From contig NZ_CP186926.1 of assembly GCF_049554935.1 (NCBI RefSeq), positions 864,001 through 928,000 of the forward strand: a stretch of 64,000 nt of DNA, in the 5' to 3' direction. The DNA comes from Methanocaldococcus indicus (GTDB lineage: Archaea; AGJL01; Methanococci; Methanococcales; Methanocaldococcaceae). A program made the position numbers and the translations under genes. This document shows positions 29,770-38,282 of the stretch, piece after piece (within the stretch, counting starts at the first letter, position 1; every line of letters starts with the position of its first letter). The notes under the pieces were generated by a model. That model was given only the letters and a program-made list of their open reading frames with translations. It was not told the DNA's origin and did not search any database.

Positions 29770-30249
29770 TTATAAAACTCTACAATAACCTGCTTTTGGT
29801 TCATAAATCCTACCATCTTTTAAAGCCTTATTGACAACATATTCTCCAAAGATTTTTATTAATTCATCCTTTGGAACTTCTCCCCCCTGCATGTTAATAT
29901 ACTCCTCAATATCCATATCAATTTCAAAATCTTCTAAGAAATCTCCTTCAATAACAATTAGTCTTATAATTTTATCGACTATTCTAACAGACTTATGCTC
30001 TGCAGATATACCCTGACTTGTCAAATATCTCTCAATATCTTTATAACTTGATAGATTTGGAAGCCCTGTTTTTTCTGAAATTTTCTTCCAACCTCTTTTT
30101 GACAAAACTAATTTATCTCTCATCATTGTATAGCCATTAATGTTAAAATTCATCTTAATAACTTCATTAACAAAATACTGTTTTTTTAGTTTTTGAGCGA
30201 CCGTTATCTGGTCATCAAGGACAATACCCTTTATAATATCTAAATTCAT
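29770..30249 (-). CDS. Hypothetical protein ending in an MCM-type winged helix; possibly a truncated replication gene
   Basis: C-terminal GRIYEPKAGY resembles the adjacent MCM's GDIFEPRPGY. Confidence 0.55.
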   Translation of the reverse strand: MNLDIIKGIVLDDQITVAQKLKKQYFVNEVIKMNFNINGYTMMRDKLVLSKRGWKKISEKTGLPNLSSYKDIERYLTSQGISAEHKSVRIVDKIIRLIVIEGDFLEDFEIDMDIEEYINMQGGEVPKDELIKIFGEYVVNKALKDGRIYEPKAGYCRVL

Positions 30250-30412
30250 ATATCCTAACTATAAATACAGTATAGATTTAAATTTTTCCATTTTTCCTCA
30301 GGTAATACTTTTCATAAGTATAATAATCTACTTGTAGGACCAGAAAAACACCACCAGTATTACTCCCAACTAAATAATTAAAAATAAAAACTCAACAGAT
30401 AAGGATTATTTC

Positions 30413-32605
30413 TCATGTTATTCCAATATATCCAGGTCTCGGTTCAAATATATCTCCATACTTCTTTAGATTGTTTAATATCCTTTCCGTCTCTTCTTCA
30501 CTAATCCCTACCTCTAACGCTCTCCATATAATCTCATCCTTTAGGACCATATTCCCATTTGGTTCGCATATCTCCTTAATTATATTTAATACTTTATTCT
30601 CTTTCTCTCTCATAGATTTTGGTGTCCCTGCTATCTTATCTATATCTAATGTCCCTGTCTCTGGGTCATATGCTATCTGCCTTAAACAATAATCCATAAT
30701 TTCTATTGCCTCCTTTGCATCTTCCTCATCAACTACTTCCTTTAATTTTGCTTTTGCTATGGCTTCTGCCAACCTTGTTAAACTCTCAGCTTGCCTCATT
30801 GTTATTGGAATCACTCCAAACTCTTCATACCCCTTCTTTCTCATAGTTACATAATATTCAACTAAAATCTTTTCAGCTTTTTCACTAATTATTGGTCTTA
30901 ATTGCCTTGCATAATAGATATACTTGAAAATAAATTCATCATCAATCTTTACTCCTTTAATTGTAAATTCTTTTTTATCATTTAATAATACCTTTTTCTT
31001 CCATCTTAAATTATATTCATAAATGTCTTTGTCTTTCTCTTCCTTAATCTCATCTATTAATGGAAATATTAAATCAAACCTACTAATTAAATATGGTGGT
31101 AAATTTATCTGCTCCGCTATCGGCATATCCTTATCAAATCTCCCCTTCTTTGGATTACATGCAGCTAATATAGAACACCTTGCTGGTAATTTTGCTATTA
31201 TACCTGCCTTGTTTATAGAAACTGTTTGCTGTTCCATAGGTTCTAATAATGCTTTATAAATTGAAGGATTCTGTGCAATCTCATCTATACAACATGTGCC
31301 ACCATCTGCTAAAACTAATGCCCCTGGTTTAACAACCCAACTTTCCATAAACTCTGTTTTTTCCTTTGATAATGATGCAGTTATCCCTACATCAGATGAC
31401 CCAACAGCTGAGGTATATATCGCCCCAAACTTCTCTAACTTCTTCATCATTGTTGATTTTCCTATCCCTGGGTCTGTTATTAATAAAATGTGTATATCCC
31501 CCCTGTAATTATCTACACTAACTCCTTTCACTTGCTGTAAAAATATAGCTTTCTTGACTATATCATAACCTTTTATCTCCTTAAACATTGCATTTGCTAA
31601 CTTCTGAATAACCCCTCTATCTTTTGCTACTTTTTTTATCTTTTCAATGTCTTCATCTGTTAGCTTTATCTCTATTTTATCTAACTCCTCAATCCCTAAA
31701 GATATAACATATATGTCAGATACTGATGTTTTCTTGGATGGTTTCATTATAGGAACTCCTGTTATCTTTACTTTCCCAGAATAATGCCCTTCTTGTCCCT
31801 CTATAAACACAGTTATTGTGTGTTGTCTTCCATCTTTGCTAAACTCTACTGGCTCCTGAATTAATAACTCCTGGAAATTTACAAAGGTGGATAGTTTCTC
31901 TATAAATTCAAAATCAGTCTTATCTTGACAGTTATCACAAATTAATCCCTTCCCTATCTTATTTATGTCATCCCATATCCCTATCTTCACTTTCTTAACT
32001 TTACCACACCTTAAACACATAAATGCTGCTTCTATACACCTTGTCTTTATCTTAGATGCTTGTATTATCATTCCCTCAAATACTACAAGCTTATCTATAT
32101 CTTTACTGCCTATATCTTTTATATTCTTGGAATCTACTATAGGATTAACTATTTGTATATCCTTATCTGGATAATCCCCATATATTTCATAATATGCTTC
32201 ATTGTAAATTTGATTAATTAGTTCTTTAACTTGAAAAGGATATTCTATTATAGCATCATTTAGTTCCATATTCATCGGGAAATTATAACAGAATTCTCTA
32301 ATGTTAAAGGTGCCCCACCTAAAGTCTTCAGAAAGCTTATACTTAATGTATTTCTTAATTGCTGCACCATGATTAATTAAAAATGATTCTTGGTCAAATA
32401 TACTAATTGTTTTTTCTTCTTCTTTGAGTCTAAGATATGCTTCTCCATCTTCTTCAAACATTTCCACAATGCCTCTGTCAATTAACCTTTTTCTACCCCT
32501 TATTACAGATTTTTCATTATATTTTTTAGATAATATTTCTAATATATCCTTCCACTTTGTAACCCCATTCTTTATTAACTCAATAATTTCATCCCCTATT
32601 GCCAT
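30413..32605 (-). CDS. mcm: Element-encoded MCM helicase
   Basis: CxxC...CxxC zinc finger, DPGIGKS, CIDE, MEQQTVSINKAG, AACNP and SRFDL. Confidence 0.95.
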   Translation of the reverse strand: MAIGDEIIELIKNGVTKWKDILEILSKKYNEKSVIRGRKRLIDRGIVEMFEEDGEAYLRLKEEEKTISIFDQESFLINHGAAIKKYIKYKLSEDFRWGTFNIREFCYNFPMNMELNDAIIEYPFQVKELINQIYNEAYYEIYGDYPDKDIQIVNPIVDSKNIKDIGSKDIDKLVVFEGMIIQASKIKTRCIEAAFMCLRCGKVKKVKIGIWDDINKIGKGLICDNCQDKTDFEFIEKLSTFVNFQELLIQEPVEFSKDGRQHTITVFIEGQEGHYSGKVKITGVPIMKPSKKTSVSDIYVISLGIEELDKIEIKLTDEDIEKIKKVAKDRGVIQKLANAMFKEIKGYDIVKKAIFLQQVKGVSVDNYRGDIHILLITDPGIGKSTMMKKLEKFGAIYTSAVGSSDVGITASLSKEKTEFMESWVVKPGALVLADGGTCCIDEIAQNPSIYKALLEPMEQQTVSINKAGIIAKLPARCSILAACNPKKGRFDKDMPIAEQINLPPYLISRFDLIFPLIDEIKEEKDKDIYEYNLRWKKKVLLNDKKEFTIKGVKIDDEFIFKYIYYARQLRPIISEKAEKILVEYYVTMRKKGYEEFGVIPITMRQAESLTRLAEAIAKAKLKEVVDEEDAKEAIEIMDYCLRQIAYDPETGTLDIDKIAGTPKSMREKENKVLNIIKEICEPNGNMVLKDEIIWRALEVGISEEETERILNNLKKYGDIFEPRPGYIGIT

Positions 32606-32774
32606 GACCTACCCCTTTTTCAGATTTATTATTCTGTTCATCAAGAATTATGATTTTTGCAAGCTTTCCAACGTATTTTTTAGGAATTATCACATGTCCG
32701 CTTTTTGAAAAAGGTTTTACTTTTTTAACAATTACAACCATCAGCTTCACCATAGTTGAAAATTTTTCCAACAT
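32589..32774 (-). CDS. DUF2080/AbrB-like small DNA-binding protein
   Basis: VKPFSKSGHVIIPKKYVGK; overlaps the mcm start; true start uncertain. Confidence 0.7.
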   Translation of the reverse strand: MLEKFSTMVKLMVVIVKKVKPFSKSGHVIIPKKYVGKLAKIIILDEQNNKSEKGVGHGNRG

Positions 32775-32929
32775 TTGAAGTCCAATCTTATTATTGGTAT
32801 ATACTCCTATATATAGTTTATGTATTATTCAACAGTAGGTGTCCAAACATGGGCTGAATATTTAACTATTCTATTTAAACTAAAAATAAAAATACTCAAC
32901 TATGGATAATTTCTAGAAAGTGTGAAAAA

Positions 32930-33292
32930 ATGACATTATTGAAGATTTTAGCAAAAAAATACGTAATAGATATCTTAGAATTACTAAATGAGCATGGAGA
33001 GTTAGGATATTCGGACATCTGGAAAACATTAGTGATAGATAAGGGGACATTAAGTAAGCTATTAAAAGAACTTGAAGATGAAGATTTAGTATTACGAAGA
33101 GAAGAAAGGACTGACAGAAGAATTCCAAGAGCTTATTATAGATTATCACCTTATGGTAAGGAAATTGTAAAAATTTGCAAACAATTAAAAGAAGCTGAAC
33201 AGAAGAAACAAGAACTTATATCGTTAGGAAATGATAATATAAACATCCAGATTGGGGAATCAACTAATACCAATATTAATATAAAAAAATAA
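32930..33292 (+). CDS. HxlR/MarR-like winged-helix regulator (copy 1)
   Basis: TLSKLLKELEDEDLVLR...YYRLSPYG; Asn/Ile-rich tail. Confidence 0.85.
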   Translation: MTLLKILAKKYVIDILELLNEHGELGYSDIWKTLVIDKGTLSKLLKELEDEDLVLRREERTDRRIPRAYYRLSPYGKEIVKICKQLKEAEQKKQELISLGNDNINIQIGESTNTNINIKK

Positions 33293-33606
33293 ATATTTAC
33301 ATATTATATTTACTCAGCGACCATTATAGTTAAAATGTGTTAATATTGGGATAACTGTCACTTGTGCTTCTTTTTTTAAAATAAATGTCACCTGTCTTTC
33401 TTTTTAGTGTCACTTTGATGTTACCAAGTGTCACCTCTGCCACTTTTCCGTATTTTAAAAAAATATCATCTAAAACCTTTCATTAAATTATATGCCGAAT
33501 AATAAATTTAATTTTCGTGAAAATAAGCATAAGTGACAGTTATTTTTAAAAAATAAGCTTAAATTATTGAGGTGACACTTTTTGAAATATCTCGTGACAC
33601 TACCTT
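33272..33606 (+). repeat. ~335-bp direct repeat, copy 1, with TGTCAC/GTGACA boxes
   Basis: Nearly identical to 34004-34390 apart from a ~52-bp indel. Confidence 0.92.
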
Positions 33607-33670
33607 GTATATATTAATAATGAATTATATAAAAAATACATTAATAATTAAACAAAAAGGAGGTCTAAAT

Positions 33671-34024
33671 ATGGACATATTAAAAATATTGACTAAAAAA
33701 TACAATAAAGCAATATTATTTTTATTGGAAAAATATGGAACTTTGCATTATAGCGCTATCAAAAAATCTTTAAATAATGTTCATGACCATTTACTTACAA
33801 AGGCTTTAGATGAACTTGTTGAAGCAGGATTAATAAAAAGAGAACTTGAGAATCCAAATATAAGGCCGTCAAGAGTTTTATATTCTTTAACTGATTTAGG
33901 AAAAATGGCATTGAATATATATTCAATTGCAAAAAAGATTGAAGACTCTAGAATCAAAGTTATTGGTAATAATAATATTATTATAAACAATGTATCGTCT
34001 TCTAATATTAATATAAAAAAATAA
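33671..34024 (+). CDS. HxlR/MarR-like winged-helix regulator (copy 2)
   Basis: LTKALDELVEAGLIKR...YSLTDLG; ATG 33671 after RBS GGAGGT; same NINIKK end as copy 1. Confidence 0.85.
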   Translation: MDILKILTKKYNKAILFLLEKYGTLHYSAIKKSLNNVHDHLLTKALDELVEAGLIKRELENPNIRPSRVLYSLTDLGKMALNIYSIAKKIEDSRIKVIGNNNIIINNVSSSNINIKK

Positions 34025-34390
34025 ATATTTACATATTATATTTACTCAGCGACCATTATAGTTAAAATGTGTTAATATTGGGATAACTGTCACTTGTGCT
34101 TCTTTTTTTAAAATAAATGTCACCTGTCTTTCTTTTTAGTGTCACTTTGATGTTACCAAGTGTCACCTCTGCCACTTTTCCGTATTTTAAAAAAATATCA
34201 TCTAAAACCTTTCATTAAATTATATGCCGAATAATAAATTTAATTTTCGTGAAAATAAGCATAAGTGGCAGAGGTGGCAGATGGTGGCACTTTGGTGGCA
34301 CTAAAAATAAGCATAAGTGGCAGTTATTTTCAAAAAATAAGCTTAAATTATTGAGGTGGCACTTTTTGAAATATCTCGTGACACTACCTT
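34004..34390 (+). repeat. Direct repeat, copy 2 (387 bp), with extra GTGGCA tandem boxes
   Basis: Contains GTGGCAGAGGTGGCAGATGGTGGCACTTTGGTGGCAC, absent from copy 1. Confidence 0.92.
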
Positions 34391-34540
34391 AAAAATTTTG
34401 TTATAAAATTTTTTAATGACTGATATTAATTTTTTTAGAGAAAAATGTTTTTATAATAGTATATATCTTATACTACTATTGAATATCAACTGTTGAAATA
34501 ATCTTCAACAAATACAAAGCAGAAAGGGTGAGCATAAGGC

Positions 34541-34702
34541 ATGAAGAAATATGAAGAAGAGGAATTAAGGGGGATGTTAAAAGAGCTTTTTGGGGATAAG
34601 TTTGAAGAAGAGTATGAGAAAGTTAGGGAAGAGTTCAGTGGGCTATTAACTGAGTATGGTGTTTTAGTTATTCTTGCAAAGAGAAATAGGATAATTTTAT
34701 AG
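34541..34702 (+). CDS. 53-aa protein resembling the N-terminal helical domain of euryarchaeal RPA (not in the ORF track)
   Basis: MKKYEEEELRGMLKELFGDKFEEEYEKVREEFSGLLTEYGVLVILAKRNRIIL*; RBS GGGTGAG. Confidence 0.55.
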   Translation: MKKYEEEELRGMLKELFGDKFEEEYEKVREEFSGLLTEYGVLVILAKRNRIIL

Positions 34703-34705
34703 GAG

Positions 34706-34918
34706 GTGGTAGGCATGCAAGTAAGAACTGCTAATAATGGAAGAAGGACAAAGATGGGAGGAGAAACCATTGAGAAGGTTAAGAAGTTAATTAAGAGGTA
34801 TTATTTGCTAAGGGAGTTTGAAGAGATGGGCTATCCACAGGAAGAGATTAAGGAAGTTATGGATGAGCTTGTAGCAATGATTGAGGAGGTGGTAAATGAT
34901 GCAAGTGTTAGTCATTGA
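34706..34918 (+). CDS. Small hypothetical protein
   Basis: Purine-rich ORF with RBS GGAGGTG in a tightly packed operon. Confidence 0.55.
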   Translation: MVGMQVRTANNGRRTKMGGETIEKVKKLIKRYYLLREFEEMGYPQEEIKEVMDELVAMIEEVVNDASVSH

Positions 34919-35168
34919 ATCAGATAGTAGTTTAGAGTGCATAAATGTGGATAAGGTAGTGAAGATATACACAAATGGGAAAGTAGTAGTGATAGAGTTA
35001 GAGACTGGGGAAAGGATAAGCTTTGAAGGTGGTAAGGAGAAGCTGAAAGAAATAATTTCTGGGATTGTAACTGAGCAGCCATTGATATACCTAAAGCAAG
35101 TTAGGAGGTTCATCAAAGCCAGCAATTTAGTTGAAGGTGATGATTCAAAAAACATTATTTGTTTATAA
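34896..35168 (+). CDS. Small hypothetical beta-rich protein
   Basis: RBS GAGGTGG; overlaps the previous ORF. Confidence 0.6.
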   Translation: MMQVLVIESDSSLECINVDKVVKIYTNGKVVVIELETGERISFEGGKEKLKEIISGIVTEQPLIYLKQVRRFIKASNLVEGDDSKNIICL

Positions 35169-35198
35169 CCTCCCTCCTTTATAAAATTTTTCCTTGAG

Positions 35199-35381
35199 GT
35201 GATAATGATGGAAAAGACATTAGTTATGATGGAAGTGGATAAAGAACTTTTAGATAAAGCCAAAAGAAAATGGTTAAAAAAAATAGCAAAAATACTTGAA
35301 ATAGATGAAAATAAGCTAAAATATGACGATGATGAAATCGTAAGAGCAGTGTTAATTTTGTATGTCGAAGGTAGGTTTTGA
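35199..35381 (+). CDS. Small ribbon-helix-helix-like protein
   Basis: KTLVMMEVDKELL...DDEIVRAVL pattern. Confidence 0.55.
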   Translation: MIMMEKTLVMMEVDKELLDKAKRKWLKKIAKILEIDENKLKYDDDEIVRAVLILYVEGRF

Positions 35382-35641
35382 GATATAATTCCTTTTTCCT
35401 TTTCCTGGTGGGGGTTATGAAGCTACTAAAATACAGCAAGGAATACAAGATAAATGCCAAGGGGCACATTAGCATAAACATAGAGAGTGTAGTTAAAGAG
35501 TCCATGAAAGTTAAAGGACTGGAACTTAGAAAGCTACTGAGAAACTACCCAATTGAAGTAATATTTGACTTAGAGGATAAAAAGATTACTATTGATTTAT
35601 CTAATTTATTTGATTATGTTGGTAAAAGGTTGGGAGTATGA
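35378..35641 (+). CDS. Small AbrB-like hypothetical protein
   Basis: KINAKGHISINI...IEVIFDLEDKKITI; likely start ATG 35418. Confidence 0.5.
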   Translation: MRYNSFFLFLVGVMKLLKYSKEYKINAKGHISINIESVVKESMKVKGLELRKLLRNYPIEVIFDLEDKKITIDLSNLFDYVGKRLGV

Positions 35642-35892
35642 AAGCAAGGAGGGCTACTTTTTATTTATGTAAGAATATTGATAGTAGAAGATTAAGGTAT
35701 ATTTTGCATAAATTAGAAAACTTGGAGACAATAAATCCAGAAATATTAAAAAAGGTTATTGAAAGTAAGAAATGCTACAGAAGGACAATAATTCTAACTG
35801 ATGAAGAGCTAAAAATATATGAAAAATATGGCAAGGCCATCAATTTATATCTAAATTATCTTTTGGTGAATGAAGATGGAGAAAGGACTTAA
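35638..35892 (+). CDS. MJ0366-like (DUF2540) knotted ribbon-helix-helix protein
   Basis: RATFYLCKNIDSRRLRYILHKLEN closely matches MJ0366 as recalled (RATFYLYKNIDGRKLRYLLHKLEN), which also precedes an integrase. Confidence 0.8.
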   Translation: MKARRATFYLCKNIDSRRLRYILHKLENLETINPEILKKVIESKKCYRRTIILTDEELKIYEKYGKAINLYLNYLLVNEDGERT

Positions 35893-36856
35893 TATCAAAA
35901 ATCTTTTATTAATAAAGCCAAAGAGAGAAAAAGCTGATGAAACACCAGAGATAAAAGAATGGTTGGATAAATTTAAAATTGAGAGAGAGTTTGATGGAAT
36001 AAAAAAAGAAACCATAAGGTCTGATTTAGATAGATTAAGGGTATTTTTAGATTTTGTATATAATAGGTTAAATAAAAAACCTGATGAATTAGAGACACAT
36101 GATTTTATAAAATTTTTCAGTTATTTAGAGAAAGAAAGAAGAGTTAGCAGGAGCACACAAAGGAAATATTATTTGTTATTAAAGGTTTTTTACAAAATTA
36201 TGAGGTTACAACATGTCATTAAAGGATTTATTGAAGAAAGTAAAGAGAGAAAAAGATTTTCAAAAATTGAAGTTAAGCATTATGACCCTGTAGATGATGA
36301 AATAGTTAATCAGATACTAAATAAGATATTAAAGTCAAATAGCAGGGTAAATATCAGAAATGCACTATTAATTAAATTTACTTATGAGACAGGATGTAGG
36401 ATATCTGAAGTTTTAAATTTGAAATATAAAGATTGTGATTTTAATACAGGGATGTTTAGAATAACTAACACTAAAACACATGAAGAGAGGGTAGTTGTAT
36501 GCTCTGAAGAAACGTTAGAAGCCTTGAGATGGTATGTTAGATATAATCCAAGACAAGGACCAGATGATTACATCTTTCAAAAACAAGATGGGAGTAAATT
36601 GAGCAGAAATACAATTTTACATGTATTTAATAAAGTAGTTAAAGAACTAAAAGAAGAGGGTAAAATTCCTATAAATAAAAGGATAACATTACACAGTCTA
36701 AGACATGGGAGAGCTGTTGATTTATTAGAAAAAGGATTACCACTTGATATAGTAAAAGAATTACTTGGACATAAAAGCTTAGACACAACTTTATTTTACT
36801 CACACTCAAAGGAAAGAACTAAGAAATTATTAAAAACTATAAAAAAGATTTTATAG
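35870..36856 (+). CDS. int: Tyrosine integrase (intact, not split by att)
   Basis: N-terminal SAM-like domain, TGCRISE, HSLRHG, LLGH and TTLFY; adjacent to att. Confidence 0.95.
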   Translation: MKMEKGLNIKNLLLIKPKREKADETPEIKEWLDKFKIEREFDGIKKETIRSDLDRLRVFLDFVYNRLNKKPDELETHDFIKFFSYLEKERRVSRSTQRKYYLLLKVFYKIMRLQHVIKGFIEESKERKRFSKIEVKHYDPVDDEIVNQILNKILKSNSRVNIRNALLIKFTYETGCRISEVLNLKYKDCDFNTGMFRITNTKTHEERVVVCSEETLEALRWYVRYNPRQGPDDYIFQKQDGSKLSRNTILHVFNKVVKELKEEGKIPINKRITLHSLRHGRAVDLLEKGLPLDIVKELLGHKSLDTTLFYSHSKERTKKLLKTIKKIL

Positions 36857-36991
36857 CTGCTACTTTTGTAGTCCAGTTAGGTTATTATAAACAAAGGACC
36901 TTAAAATTAATCAGGACTTAGTCCTGTGTAAAAAGTAGATATGAATATCAATTTTTTAGCTTTTTTTGGAAAATAATTTTACAAAAAAGTA

Positions 36992-37079
36992 TGGCGCGGG
37001 GGCCGGGATTTGAACCCGGGTAGGGCGGAGCCCAACGGGATTAGCAGTCCCGCGCCGTACCAGGCTGGGCCACCCCCGC
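36992..37079 (-). tRNA. tRNA-Ser(GCT), CCA encoded
   Basis: Reverse complement folds as a cloverleaf: GCGGGGG acceptor, CGGGA-CTGCTAA-TCCCG anticodon arm, long variable arm, GGTTCAAATCC T-arm, GCCA end. Confidence 0.96.
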
Positions 37080-37139
37080 ATACAAAAAAGCAAAAATAAA
37101 TAAAGTAATAGGATGTATATATAATTTTCGTTTAATTTT

Positions 37140-37955
37140 TTAATGATGATATACTATGATACTAACATTATCTTTTGTTTTTTGTAAAGAGATATCTAAC
37201 AATTTATCAACAATATCTTTTGGGTTTTTATAATTTTTAATTACATCTAAGATTTCTTCTTTTTTAACATAGTCATGTAATCCATCAGAGCTTAGCAATA
37301 TAATATCATCATCTTTTAAGTTCCATTCATATATATCTACTTTAAAATCATCTATACCTAATGCAAAGGTTATAATATTTTTCATGGGGTGATACATAGC
37401 TTCTTCCTCTGTTATATGTCCTTCATCAACTAACATCTGTACATATGTGTGGTCTTTTGTTCTCTCTATTATTTTGTTATCTCTAATTAAATAAGCTCTA
37501 CTATCTCCACAGTTTGCTACAATTGCTTTATTTCCTTTAATTATTACTGATGTTAATGTAGTCCCCATTCCTTCCTTATCTCCAATTGCCTCTGCTTTTA
37601 TTTGTTTGTGAGCAGTTTCATAAGCTTCTTTTAGAAGTTCTTTTATTTCTTCAATAGATAGATTTTTGTTATATTTTTCTCCTACAACTTTTTGTAATGT
37701 ATCTATAGCTATACTTGATGCCACTTCTCCTGCATTATGTCCTCCTAATCCATCTGCAACCGCTAATAAATATGCATCCTCTAATTTTTTTATTAAAATC
37801 GCATCTTCATTATTTGTCCTGTTCCCTTTATGAGATATTCCATAAGCTTTATCCTCTTCAAAAATTATTATATCTCTATTATTAGTTAATTCTATGTTGT
37901 TTTCTTTTTCTTTGTTACTATCTACTTTTTTGAAAAATTTGTTAATTATTCCCAT
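37140..37955 (-). CDS. PP2C/Stp1 family Ser/Thr protein phosphatase
   Basis: NNEDA, VADGLGGH, MGTT, GDSRAY, SDGL and KDNVS motifs. Confidence 0.93.
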   Translation of the reverse strand: MGIINKFFKKVDSNKEKENNIELTNNRDIIIFEEDKAYGISHKGNRTNNEDAILIKKLEDAYLLAVADGLGGHNAGEVASSIAIDTLQKVVGEKYNKNLSIEEIKELLKEAYETAHKQIKAEAIGDKEGMGTTLTSVIIKGNKAIVANCGDSRAYLIRDNKIIERTKDHTYVQMLVDEGHITEEEAMYHPMKNIITFALGIDDFKVDIYEWNLKDDDIILLSSDGLHDYVKKEEILDVIKNYKNPKDIVDKLLDISLQKTKDNVSIIVYHH

Positions 37956-37992
37956 AAATATTTCCCATCTTATATTTTTTTATAATTATTAA

Positions 37993-38233
37993 TTAACAAC
38001 CAATTATTTCTTTTATAGCCCCACCATTTTTTTATAGAGGTTGGTTTAATACTTCTTCTTTTAAAATATTTTTTATTGTTTCTTTTTCTAACCAATCAAT
38101 TAAATAATATTTTGAAGTATTTTCTAATGAGGAGTTTGTATAAATTTCCTCAATAAATAATATGTCAGAGGTTAAACAAATAACGTTAAGTCTTTAAATA
38201 TTTAAGTTCTTTCTCTCTATTATAGAATTTCAT
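37993..38233 (-). pseudogene. Internally deleted remnant of an archaeal ATPase-family gene
   Basis: Starts MKFYNREKELKYLKT* and ends with a ...AIKEIIGC*-type tail only ~240 bp later, with internal stops. Confidence 0.55.
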
Positions 38234-38282
38234 TTTATACGCCTTAAAAAAATAAAAAAAGTTAAAATTAATTTATAAAATT

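Larger units (their letters stand above)
10250..37047. mobile_element. Integrated provirus-like element (~26.8 kb), probably a spindle-shaped virus, in tRNA-Ser(GCT)
   Basis: Bounded by a 58-bp direct repeat equal to the tRNA 3' half; integrase at the right end; MCM, capsid-like, ATPase and adhesin genes inside. Confidence 0.93.
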
